Positions 12,191 to 27,205 of a stretch of DNA of 64,000 nt are shown one piece after another (position 1 is the first letter of the stretch; each line of letters begins with the position of its first letter). The stretch lies in NCBI RefSeq assembly GCF_009914755.1, contig NC_060937.1. One strand, given 5' to 3'. Source of the DNA: the human T2T-CHM13v2.0 reference genome, Homo sapiens. The translations under genes were made by a program, and so were the position numbers. The notes under the pieces were generated by a model, which ran no database searches, had not been told where the DNA came from, and was given only the letters and a program-made list of their open reading frames with translations.

Positions 12191-13889
12191 CCAAAGAAAT
12201 ATAATTTAGTCATTTAGGCCTTGATTTTATACCACTGACTTAGTTTGAAGGCTGCTATAAGAAACAGCCCTATGAAACTGGTATTTTCCTACTGCAAGGT
12301 GGCTTCTTTAAGACAATTTTTCATTGCATTCTATCAAGGGATGTCTTATTATTATATCATTATATCAAGTGATGTTATGAATAGTAAGAATCAGATTAAG
12401 GGCTCATATGTACTTCTTTGTATTGACTGTTGAAAAGGTATGGGGCCAAATTTGTAGTTTGTCTGGAATTACATATTTTTGGGGGTCTCTCTATTATCTT
12501 CATACTTATCCTATCTAAATTTTCCATTGCCAAATTTCCTTACTTATTTTTAGTTTTATCCTATTGCTCATGTATTTTTATGAGTCTCCATAAGTCTATT
12601 TTGGAAAAAGGCAGAGTACTCATAATTTTAGTATATCTTTTAGCTTTATGTTGCCATAAACCTTTCATTATATACATGATCAACAACAGCAAATTATATC
12701 ACTTCAGTATTTAGTTTATTATTTTACAAACTGATTTATGATTGCTAACATGTAACTGAAGGTATACACTATTAGAACACAGTTTTCAGTAGAAAGTAGC
12801 ACTGCCATTGAGTAAAAAAATGTTCTAACATCAGAGCAACATTCTTATACAAGTTTGCATGTTGTTTACTGAGGTCTAAAGCATGACTACACAAAAGGCT
12901 GAATAAAATTCACATTCTTACATACACATAAAATTGTTTTATTGAGATGACAAAGTATATTTATTATGCCACCCAGAACATAATCCACTCTGAAAACTGC
13001 CAGTGTATGCACTTGCTGAAGTAACTCAGTACATAAATGGTAGCCACAACAGTTGCTGTGCATGAAAGTTCTTCTCTTCCAGATTGAAGAGTGTACAATC
13101 TAAAGCATTTTAAAACTTTAAATCCCTTATTAGCTTAAATATAATTTAAAATTTTAGTTTGCCGTACCTATAATTTGTTTGTACACTAGGTTACTAAGGG
13201 TGATATGATTACATATGTGGATACAAAATAATTTTAATGGAAAATGAAATTAGGGTACTCAACAAAGATAAAGGGTAATGATCATGTACACTAACCGTAT
13301 TTGAGATTAGTTTAAGCCTGGGGTAGCTATACTTATGTTTCACAGACCTTGAGAAGATAGGGAAAAAAAGCTTTTATCAACATTGCTAAGGAACAGGTAA
13401 AAGCTAACATTAGGTAACTAAGAGGTGACATAAAAAAGACTGAATAAAATATCATGGAGGTTTCATAATAAGATTGGAAATTCAATAGACTAGGAGAGAA
13501 AAGATCCCAAAATATACATGCTCATTGGGAAAACAGCTAGTAAGAACAAGGAGAGATCTCTATTTAATGATACAATAGTAGAGTTATAATTTCCTGTATA
13601 TTGTAAATTTCAAGCATTTAAACATTTTCATTGAATTATAAAATACTATTTGTAAAAGAAAGAAAAACAGCACAACTGCAGATTACAGATGACTAAGATA
13701 GATGAATCATGAAAAGGTGCTAGCAGAGATTTCTATCACACCTATCAGGGATACACAATTTCCAAGAATTTCAGAAGGGTTTGGTGTTCCTATTAACGTA
13801 AATCCGGAAATAACACCTGAGTGAACTGTCTTCTAATTCTTCAACTGGATGGCTTTTTAGTGTAAAAGATGTTGAATACTGATTGACTT

Positions 13890-13996
13890 TTTAATAATTT
13901 TATAGTATATGTCAGAAATATTGCACAGTCCCTATTTACATCATTCTACAGTGGTTTTTAAAATGTTTTAAGAATAAAAAACATGAAAACTTTATT
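13890..13996 (-). terminator. Candidate intronic poly(A) signals downstream of the exon 7 homolog (AATAAA at 13991-13996, ATTAAA at 13890-13895)
   Basis: Hexamers are present on the transcribed strand. Use is inferred from recollection that BAGE cDNAs read through this donor. Confidence 0.4.
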
Positions 13997-14215
13997 TGAT
14001 TTTTCTGAGGAAATAACTTTTTGGATTTAATTTCAATGAAACCGTTGATAACATTTCCCTCCCCAACAATCTCTGGCAACGATCCCTCAGATTTTAATGA
14101 TTATGTATTATTACCTTTTAATACAAGTAGAATAACACTAAGGGAATTTACAACATTTGTTATTTTCAGTAAATACATTGGTTGAAGTTTAAAAGTCTAT
14201 GCGTAGTAAACTTAC

Positions 14216-14378
14216 ATCTTTCAGGAGCTTGGTCAATGTGTTCTGGACAAAGCAGGAAGATGTGACTGAAATCCTGAAAGGAGCCGGCTCCTGCAGCACA
14301 AGGATAATGATACATCTGGGTACATTTCTCTTCACAGCATTTGATAGTGGCTCCAAAGTGCTTACAAAATGCACATCG
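14216..14378 (-). CDS. KMT2C: KMT2C exon 7-homologous exon (163 nt): RCAFCKHFGATIKCCEEKCTQMYHYPCAAGAGSFQDFSHIFLLCPEHIDQAPER; alternative frame matches BAGE2/3
   Basis: Acceptor ...cccctttcag|CGATGT and donor GAAAGAT|gtaagt; lies within ORF 14166..14474; Cys/His zinc-finger pattern. Confidence 0.93.
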
Positions 14379-15768
14379 CTGAAAGGGGTAAAGGAGAGAA
14401 ATCTCTTTATAAAACCTTGAAAAGGAATATTCAAATATAAGCTGGGAAGGTATAAAAAACTCTCTGTACATCACAAGTAAACAAATTGAACCTGCAAAAC
14501 ATTAAACAAAGGATTCATTAAAAATAATAAAATCTACATTACTCAATTTAGTGCTTTGTGTGCTACCAACTCATCCTTCCATTCAAATTAGAAAGTTAGA
14601 ATTTCATTCCTTATATTTTCAAAAATAAATTGTGAAGCATTTTAGAAACAAAACCTAAAATTTTTTTTAAAAGCAAATAGTAATATGGTTAAAGGGGCAG
14701 GTTTCTATATTGAGGATTATTATAAAGTTTTTAAATCCTACCAAAACTAGTAATAGGAACATATATTATTTATGAGACATATTACTATTTTTTACCCTGC
14801 TTAAAAATAAATACAAAATAAATTCATCAATTATAAGTTAACAGGGACACAAATGGTTAAAGACTCACACACAAAAAAAACAAAACTACATACTTCAATG
14901 TAGCAATCAACTTCAAATTTCTTAGCAAAAGATGGAAATGTGGGGGAAAAAATTAGTCATCTGGTATCTTTCCCATTTCAACCTGCCTCCATTATCTTGC
15001 AAGTGGTAAAATGCACAGAAATAAGCCTCAAACAAGAGGGGCAGTCTAGGGCAAGTGAACACATAAGTCGGAAGAAATTATGTAAAATGTTGCATTTACT
15101 TATTCAGTTTTCCCTTAGAATGATTCACAAACTCTTCCTCATTCTCCCAAGTCCATTTTGAGCATCATTTTCTTTGAAGAGAGTCTGATGGGCCCTGTAC
15201 TATACAGTATGAAATCTCTCTGTGGGAAATGACTATCTAACATAAATTTTTGTTTACACCGTTACATGATACCTACTTGCTTATGCCATTACATGATCAG
15301 TTTACCTTTTTCTCAACCTAATCCAAGATCCTTCAATTGAGGCACTATACTATCTTTGTATCCAAAGCACCAAAAATGCTGCTTCAAACAGGCCCTAATA
15401 GATAGGTGTTCCTATACATATACCAAAAAGACTTAACTTTTGGTGATCTTGTTTGTGAGTGTGGCTCATAAACAGCTTAGCTGAGATAACTGGAGCCTCA
15501 TGTAGCAGAGACAGTTGGACCCTGCTAACATTACTGTGGATATCTTCACATGTTACTACATTGACTTTATATTCTGCTAATTAACCAGGGACTACAGTAG
15601 TTAAAATTATAATTGTTTTCAATGTTTTATGTGTAAATCTGTACCTCACATACTATCAAACTCTTCCTCACTGTCATCAGTCTCCTGCATTGAATCAACA
15701 TAACAAAGCTAAATGACTCCTGAGGGCTGAATCAGAAAGAAGAAAAGAAAGAGATACAAAACTTTAGT

Positions 15769-15958
15769 CGGCCCGGTGGCTTACACCTGTAATCCCAGCA
15801 CTTTGGAAGGCCAAGGCGGGCGGATCACGAGGTCAGGAGATCGAGACCATCCTGGCTGATACAGTGAAACTCCATCTCTACTGAAAATACAAAAAATTAG
15901 CTGGACGTGGTGGTGGGCACCTGTAGTCCCAGCTACTCAGGAGGCTGAAGCAGGAGAA
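15769..15958 (+). mobile_element. 3'-truncated Alu (AluY/Sc-like), antisense to transcription
   Basis: Left arm plus part of right arm; stops at gcaggagaa with no tail. Confidence 0.93.
15787..15877 (-). other. Candidate Alu-derived cassette exon (BAGE-type)
   Basis: Acceptor tttttgtattttcagtag|AGATGG and donor GATTACAG|gtgtaa, the classic Alu exonisation positions. Confidence 0.5.
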
Positions 15959-16854
15959 GCTTCTAAATAACTCATAAACACTAATTACTGTTGTGACACT
16001 TTAATTTTATACAATATTTATAAGTATACAGAATAACATTTCAGTGCTATTTTGGCACTCAAGGGTATTAATGCATTAGAAACACAGAAAAAAATAAATA
16101 TTTGTCTTCATTGATAAAGTGTAATAACCAGCTTTTACAAAACAGGTAATTTTTTATATTGTAACTCCCAAGGTATCTAAATTTGTTTAGTGCATTAACA
16201 GAACCCAGAATTAACTACAAATACAACACCTTGGTAGTCTAAATGTCCAAAGAGAAAGGTCACGTAAATGTCGAAAGAAAAAGTACAATCAATCTGTTGA
16301 AAAATGTTTATAACAACTCATTAACATAACTAATTTCTGCTAAATTGTTAAAATCTAAAATCGCTTATTTTGATACCATATGGCAAGTTTTGCAGAAGCT
16401 TTTTGCACTAAAAATAATCTTGGCAGATAAAATATAATGAGAGGTAAGTATGTAATAACAGAAAATAATTTAAATTGACCAGCTTCTCAATGTCTTTCTC
16501 ATTTTAGAAACACCAATATGTTCTCTTAATCATATCTGCAATGAAAAATATTATATTAGCTAAACTATTATGAAAAGTACTGGAATATATCTAACATACT
16601 AATTTACAATATCATATAAAGATATCAGTGTATAAAAGAAGGAAAATAAAACACTACATTTAGGAGAACGCTTTAAACCCATATGTTACAATTAAATAGC
16701 TAATGAAGAGCACTCGGCATTAAAAGAAAATGTTTCCTATATATACACAGTCTGGAATGTATCTTCCTAAACCAAATAAAAAGTACTTGTAAAATCATAG
16801 ACAATATCAAAGAATAGATTTCTACAGGGAACTTCTCAAATGTCAACACTCTTA

Positions 16855-17284
<430 letters not shown>

Positions 17285-18528
17285 GCCCTTAAATGGTTTA
17301 TCAACTAAATGGTTTATTTGAATCAATAATGAAAATTCCTAGACAGCATTTTTTCTTTTCACTTTTATTCATCATTAAAAAGACACGGAGTAAGAAAAGG
17401 AAAAAAAGTAACATGTTATAATAATATTTTCCCATATTAATCCAAGAACACAATAACAACAACAAAAACTCAGTGAGAACTCATATTACCAATTTTAAGA
17501 ATGAGTCTGAGGAATTTTCAAAACTTTTATTTAATAGATTGAAATAATCTGTCAAAATGTATCTATAAAACACAACAGAATGAACAAAATTTCTGAGATT
17601 AAAGTTGTATCATTAAAAAATACCAAGAAGTTAAATATTCCACAGTTCATTTAATTAATTATCCAGTATTTATTCTGTACCAACTATAGCAATGGTTTTA
17701 GGCTACGTGCTCTAATAAATAAGTATTGTAAGGCTCCCCATGCTCCAAATTTGTTTTTAATCTTCACTAATCTGTTTTTCGTGTTAGGCAACTAAGATTC
17801 TCCCAGGATGCAGTAATAAAGAACAAAGATGGAAAGCAAGAGAAAGAGGTAGAATGACATGAAAATCTGATCCAGAAGGTGCAACGTCTGTTTTATATGA
17901 GTACCAGAAAGGGAGAAAATAGGAAGGATTATACTCACCAAAATTCTAAAGGAAAAGTTATGTATATATCTAATAATAAAAGCTAACATTTAATTAAGCA
18001 TAATCCTCATTCAACAGATGAGGAATCTAAAACCCAAAGAGTCATTATCACTGTTCCACTTATCTCTGTATCCCTACAAAAATACTCACTCTTGATCTGT
18101 AACAATGCCTCCTTAAACTCCCTGAATGGCAGCTTCAGGTAAAAACTTCCCAGAAAGTTTGAAATAACAAGGATAAAAGGAAAATTCTTGGAGCCACATA
18201 AAAAAGAAAACAGATCATTACAAAAAAAGAAGAATCGGGCATCAGTTCTCATTACCAATACTGAATTAAAAAGAAACCCCCCAAAAAACCATTATTTTCC
18301 TAGGTCTATAAGAAATTATTTAAAACCAAAATTTTAATGTCTGTTAAGCTAACATTCAAGTCCACGGATAACAAATGTAAATAGTTTAAATTCTCCAGTA
18401 AAAGACAGAGCAACTTTCAAAATATGCAAAATATACTACTTAACACATACACATATTTTACATGTAACTATACTACAGACTTCATTTATGTATGTGTGTG
18501 TGTGTACACATATATAATATAAAATGAA

Positions 18529-19120
<592 letters not shown>

Positions 19121-20408
19121 CTGTATATATATATATATATTCATACATATGCACAATGCACAGTGACATACACAATTCAAAAACAGACTTGAGGGGAAAA
19201 AACACAAACGCTATCCAAAAAATGCAGGTATAGCAATAATTGCAAAGAAACAGAATTTAAAAAGCAGTGAATAAGTCAAAGATAATAATTTATAATAACA
19301 TAAGTTTTATGTTGCAGTGTAAATTCCAAAAGAAGCCATAGTCATTAAAGTTTATACACCTAATAAATATATGTCACATATAGAAAGTAAAGCTGAGTAG
19401 AAATAACATGCATAGATTAGACTTTAACATAGCTCTCAAATCAGGATATTAAGTAGATATGAAATAAATAATAACAATGATCGGGTTTGATTCAAACAGA
19501 CACATAAAATACACACAGATCTCTGAATTCCAAAAATAGAGAAAACATCCTATTCAAATGTACATAGAATTTTCAAAAAAACTTCACATGTATGGTCATA
19601 AAGAAATGTCCACATATTTTAAAAAGCAGGTATTTCCTAGGTTATATCCAGTAAAAGCAGATGCGTCCCTAGACCTAATACAATAAAAATTAGAAATTCA
19701 TAATATAAGGATAAACTCCCAAATCTACCCACTGGCAAAATTTAAAAGTCCTTTCTATATAACGGCAGAGTTTCAATCAAGAAGAAAAATCATGTATTAT
19801 TTTTAAATGATTAAGAAACATCAAAAATATCTCTGAGATGTGGCAAATGTGGTATTCAGAGGAAAAAAATATAGCTTCAAACATGCAAAACTGTAAGACT
19901 AAAGAATTACAATAAATAATGCCCGATTCAAAAATTAAGCCAATAAGAATCAACATATAATCCATGAGATTCGCCATCTAGGGAAGTAAACCCACCCTAA
20001 TACTGTGTTTATTAAAATGCTGTTAATGAGATCCGAGGTTTAAACAACTCTTCGCTTTAGAAAGTGAAATAAAGCTGACTGAAATAAAACCTAATCTATG
20101 AAATTATTCTGTATATGAATTGACCTGAAGTAATGAACAGTTCAATGACTGGCTTATGACTCTTGTTCTGGTCCAGGTTAATCATTCTAGTTGGCATACT
20201 ATTAAACACATATTTCTGATTGAAACATCTGTTAAAAAAATAACATCAAAAGACATCACAAAATCAAAATGGAGACTGCTAAGAGTGGGATTTTTCTCCT
20301 GCCAGTATCTTTCCTTTCTGCCACATCCTCCTCCCTGCTGCCACAGCAAATCTTTCTAAAGGAATACAAATATATTCTGAATCACACGCAAAACCCTCAA
20401 TACAGAAT

Positions 20409-21346
<938 letters not shown>

Positions 21347-22003
21347 AGAGCAGCATTTCAAGGCCCTCCATGCTTTGGTCTCTGCCAAATCACTATTAGA
21401 GTTTTAAAATTTTTTTTTACACATTATACTTACATTACACAATGTCTTAACACTATGAAGTAAAAATGTAAATATTTTAAACTCTGGCTTGGAAATGAGG
21501 AGGCAGAATCTCAGAAATTTTCCTAAAATAAAATAGGAGAGGCAAGCTTTCTGAGTCCACAAAAGTGCCCTCTACCTATTGGGTCAAAGAAAAAGTAATT
21601 TCTCTATTTGTAACAACATACATAAATTATAAACCCTGAAGAAATAGGTCTCTAATAGCTATAATCTTTAACATAACCATAAATAAAAACATGAATAAAT
21701 CTGACTACATAAAAATGTAAAAACTTCTATGTGGTGAGAACACACATTACAGAAAAAAAAAATCAAATGACAAAAAATAACCTCCAATTTGGATTACAAA
21801 TATCTAGTATCCTGGATATATACAAATAAAGCATGTAAGTTATAAAAATGAGTATAATTTTAAAATAGACAAGGATACTTTATAGAATTTCATAATTTAA
21901 GGAAGACATAAAGTTAGCCAATAAACTATTTGTAATATGCAAGAATAAGTAAGCATTATTATTTGCCAGCAGCTAAGCCAAGTACTTTATAAGAATTACT
22001 TTA

Positions 22004-22396
<393 letters not shown>

Positions 22397-22548
22397 TTAA
22401 ATTTCCTTGTTCAAGTCCATAGAGTCAGGAAATGAAAAAGGAACTGAACTCAAGGAGTTCATAATTATTTATATACAAATAATAAAGACAAATTCATCGA
22501 CTATGGAAATGTACTGAGTATTTTGTCTTGTTTACGTAATGGTTTTTA

Positions 22549-22978
<430 letters not shown>

Positions 22979-23363
22979 TCAAATTGAAAGTCCTCAAAAT
23001 GCCCAACGGTAAAATAAATAAATTATAGTACTCTTAACAACAGAATACTATATATCAATGAGAAAAATAAACGACTGGAAGGAACAATTTGGATTTATCT
23101 CACAAATTAATACGTGAAAGATGACAGAAAACAGTACTTAGTAGCTCAATTATACGAAGTACAAAGCCAATTACGCAAAGTACAAACATAGGCAAGACTC
23201 ACCTATGTTGTTACTAGATGATAGTGCATGTCTCTGGGGAGTTAGGAATAGTAACCAACAGGAGGCTTGAATGGAATATCTGCGGCGCTATTATTTGTTT
23301 CCTGATGTGATTTTAGTATATAGGTTCTAATATTTTGGGTATTCCTAGAAATGTGTACCTATT

Positions 23364-23446
23364 ATTCACTTGCTCTATATATAGAGAGAGAGCTATATAG
23401 CTCTCTCTCTCTATATATATATAGCTATATATATAGCAAAGTGAAT
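23364..23446. repeat. Near-perfect inverted repeat of (TA)/(GA)/(TC) microsatellites
   Basis: attcacttgct ctatatatagagagagagctat|atagctctctctctctatatata...agcaaagtgaat. Confidence 0.85.
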
Positions 23447-24859
23447 TTTATATATAATTCTTCAACATATTTTTAGAGAAATTAAGTTTTTTTAGAAAAT
23501 TAAGAGAATTTTAGATAAAAACTCAACTTTTAATGGAAAATATTGTCCTTTTTCTTTCTCACATGAAATCCTCTATCAAGGTTAGTATCCTACCTGGCAT
23601 CTCTCCAATACTGGGTTAAGAGTTTTTCTTCTCAAGTAACCTGTATTATATTAAGATGATATTAACTGAAATAATCAGATAGATGACTGCGCCATAAAGC
23701 TAATTCTAAGGTATCTGTCCTTAGCCAAAAGCAGAAAAGGGATACACATAACTTCCACATAAAACATCCACCCCCATTTCTTTGGTTATTCTTAAAAGCT
23801 CATAATGTATACAATGATAAAATTTATTGTTTCAAATTAGGGTTTTTGAAATTGAAATATTAATTTAAACACGTTTGCTTAACACAACTTTAAAGTTAAT
23901 AAGAAAACACTGCATATTACAGAATAGTTAAATACTTCAAAAAGTGGGAAAGAATTTAAAAGCTTTCACTTGAGTAGGAGTAAACACAAACACACTAAGA
24001 ATCTAGTTGGATACACTTAAATCATGTCTTTTAAGAACATAAGAACAGATTATTTGCTTTCTCTTTAGTCCAAAACCTTGGTGTAATTTTAGTCCAAATT
24101 TGAAACTAACAGAAGAATACTCAGCTTCTTAAAAGTTTTATTTCAAGAACAGTAAAAGAACTTCTGGTCTTACAAACATTACACAGATAAAACGAGTTTC
24201 TCCAAACAGATGTATGTAAAAATCTAGTACATATACCCCCAAGTTGAGTCAATAAGGTGAACCAGATTCTGGTTGAATGGAATCCTTGAAATATAACTTT
24301 GGTGAACAAACTGTTTGTGTTTTCCACTTTTCTTAAAAAAGAAGTGATAAAGCAGATTTCCAGTACCTGCCAGCTGACAAAATGCTACTTACCAGGTAAA
24401 AACCACTACCAAAAATCAGAATCACAGAAGGGCTATCAGTAAAATTATTAATGCCACAAATTAACATGATGTTAACAGCTGATTTATGCATCAAAAGAGT
24501 ATTTATATAATCACAGCAAATAACTCAAATCTTTTACATCACTAGTAAACTCAAAAAATATAGCAAAAAGCAATAACATTAAATTTCATTATTGATCTAC
24601 TAGCTTTAACTATTTAATACTAGTACACTTAGTTTTGATTACTTTGAAATTGAAGCAAAAACAATAATCTTTTCTTCTTTTAATGACTTTTTCAGTTATA
24701 GGAAAGATGACATTAAAAGAAAATATACAACTATAGCTTAGCTACAGGTATAAAATTGTTTTAAAGATATGTAATTGTGCTATTGAATTAAACTGAAAAC
24801 ATAACTATCAACTCATGATTTTGAAAAAAAATCTTTTTTATGTTTGGTTTTGGTAAAAG

Positions 24860-26095
24860 GAGAGACAAATAAGTCAGAAGAACAGAAAATACAGAAAGAG
24901 GCAAACTTTCCCATATTCAATTAATTTTTGAGCAAGGGGCCAAGGTAATTCAAGGGAGCAATAAATAATCTTTTAGAATGATGCTGAACTGCCAAATAAT
25001 TCATATGGAAAACAAAGAAACATGAATCTTATCTTGTATTCTCTTATCATATGTGTAATTTAACCATAAATGGATTTTTTAAACCTACAAGTAACACTGC
25101 GGCAAGCAAAGATTTTTTAATAAAGCATAAAGAGCATAATTTTTTCAACTTCAAAAAATTAACAAATGACAAATGTCATCAAAATGAAACCCTCTGCTGT
25201 TCAATAAACATTGCTAAATAAATGAAAACAAGTCACACATTAGGCAAAATATTTATAAAATGCATCTCCAATAACTGACTTCTGTGAATAATATATAAAA
25301 ACAACTTAGAACTCAAGAAGATGACAAGCAAATCAATTGGAAAAAAATGGTGGTAGAGACAAAATACTTTAACAGACATGTCACCAAAGATACACAAATG
25401 GCAAAAAAAAAGACATAAAAAGAAGCTCAATCTAATTAATCATCAGAGAATGCAAAATCAAACCCACAATAAATTGTCACTAAATGCCAACCAGATGGCT
25501 AAAATTTAGAAACAGTGGCAATATCCAGTGCTGGCAACAATGTACAGCAAATGGAACTCTCAGATCTCTAGAAATGGAAAAGTATACAGACACTTTTTAA
25601 GAAACTGTGAAACTGTTTTCCAAAGTTAAGAATATTATTTCCAACAAGTCAGAAATTCCAGTCCTAGGTATTTACCCAAGAAACATGAAAAGATACATCT
25701 ACAACGAAGCATGTTACATAAATGCTCACAGCAGCTTTATATACTGGCCAAAAATTGAACGAAACTTAACTGTAAGCTAGTGAATGGACCAATCTCAAAA
25801 TGATTATGCTAAGCAAAAAAAAGGCAGATGGAAAAGATTCTATACTGTATGGTTCCATTCATATATTAGTCTAGAAAAGGCAAAACTATAGGAAAGCAAC
25901 AGATCGGTGATTGCCAGGAGCTGGAGTGGGAGGTAGGCAGTAACTTCAAAAGGTCATGAGCGAATTTATGGGTAAAGGGTCTATTCTGTATCTTGACTAT
26001 GATGGTAATTACATGACTGTTCATATTTACCAAATCACATTCAATACACACCTTAGAAAGGGTGAATTATAGTGTATGCAAAATATACCTTAACA
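24860..26095 (+). mobile_element. Old L1M ORF2 3' end and 3' UTR
   Basis: aatgcaaaatcaaacccacaat, cctaggtatttacccaagaaacatgaaa, tactgtatggttccattcata. Confidence 0.8.
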
Positions 26096-26320
26096 AAACA
26101 ATGACTCTCACACATAAATTTATTTATTTATTGGGTAACAGCATAGGGACTAATATCAGAATAACTTTCCTAAAATGTCTCAAATCTGAAGAAAATGTAA
26201 AAGCTAACTAATTGAAGTTACCTGTAAATAACCAAAAACTGGCTGGAATGGGAGGACATTTTACCCTTGGAAAAAAAGCGGAATGTCATTGGCTAAAATC
26301 TATATTTAAATAGAGTTTCA

Positions 26321-26620
<300 letters not shown>

Positions 26621-26639
26621 CTACAACTAATAAGTATAG

Positions 26640-27205
26640 TAATTTCAATGAAAATTTTAGTGGATGGGCTTAACAAGAGATTGGTAGAAAATTGGTCCAT
26701 CTCCTTGAAAATACATGAATAGTGTATCTATTCTGAGGAACTAAAAGTAAAAACACTGGGAAGAAAACGAACAGACCCTCAGTAATCTACAAAATATCAA
26801 ATATACTAACATTCATGTAATTAGAGTTACAGAGGAAGAGAAGAGAGAAATGAGACAGAAAAAGAATAAGAAATAAAAGTCAAGCTTTTCACAAATTTGG
26901 TGAAAAATATCAACTTACACTTTCAAGAAGCTCAGCAACCCCCAAGCAGGATGAATACAAAGAAAACCACACCTAGGCACATCATAGTCAGACTGCTGAA
27001 AACCAAAGATAAAGAGAAAATCCTGAAAGCAGCCAGAGAATATCAAAACATTATTATATACATGGGAATAATGATACTACTGACACCACACCTGACTTCT
27101 CATTAGAAACCATGGAAGACAGGAAACAATGCAACATCTTTTAAATGCTTGAAGAAGAAAAACATAATCATCCCAGAACTCTATATTCAGGGAAAAAAAG
27201 GCAAA
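26640..27205 (+). mobile_element. L1 ORF1 remnant
   Basis: ORF 26897..27106 (QEAQQPPSRMNTKKTTPRHIIVRLLKTKDKEKILKAARE) is L1 ORF1p-like. Confidence 0.85.

Larger units (their letters stand above)
3544..14378 (-). pseudogene. KMT2C: Partial unprocessed duplicate of KMT2C/MLL3 (exons 7-9 with introns), KMT2C-pseudogene/BAGE family
   Basis: Three spliced exons encode RCAFCKHFGATIKCCEEK...NGWKCK, the KMT2C PHD region. Substitutions versus the reference as recalled and the absence of recognisable exons 4-6 upstream point to a paralogous copy. The copy probably continues beyond the left edge. Confidence 0.85.

Noticed and set aside
3544-14378. Authentic functional KMT2C gene
   Set aside because: Paralog-type substitutions are present and no exons 4-6 are visible in the 50 kb upstream.
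26897-27106. L1 ORF1p-like ORF as an active or domesticated gene
   Set aside because: Short fragment with surrounding stops and frameshifts in a decayed L1.
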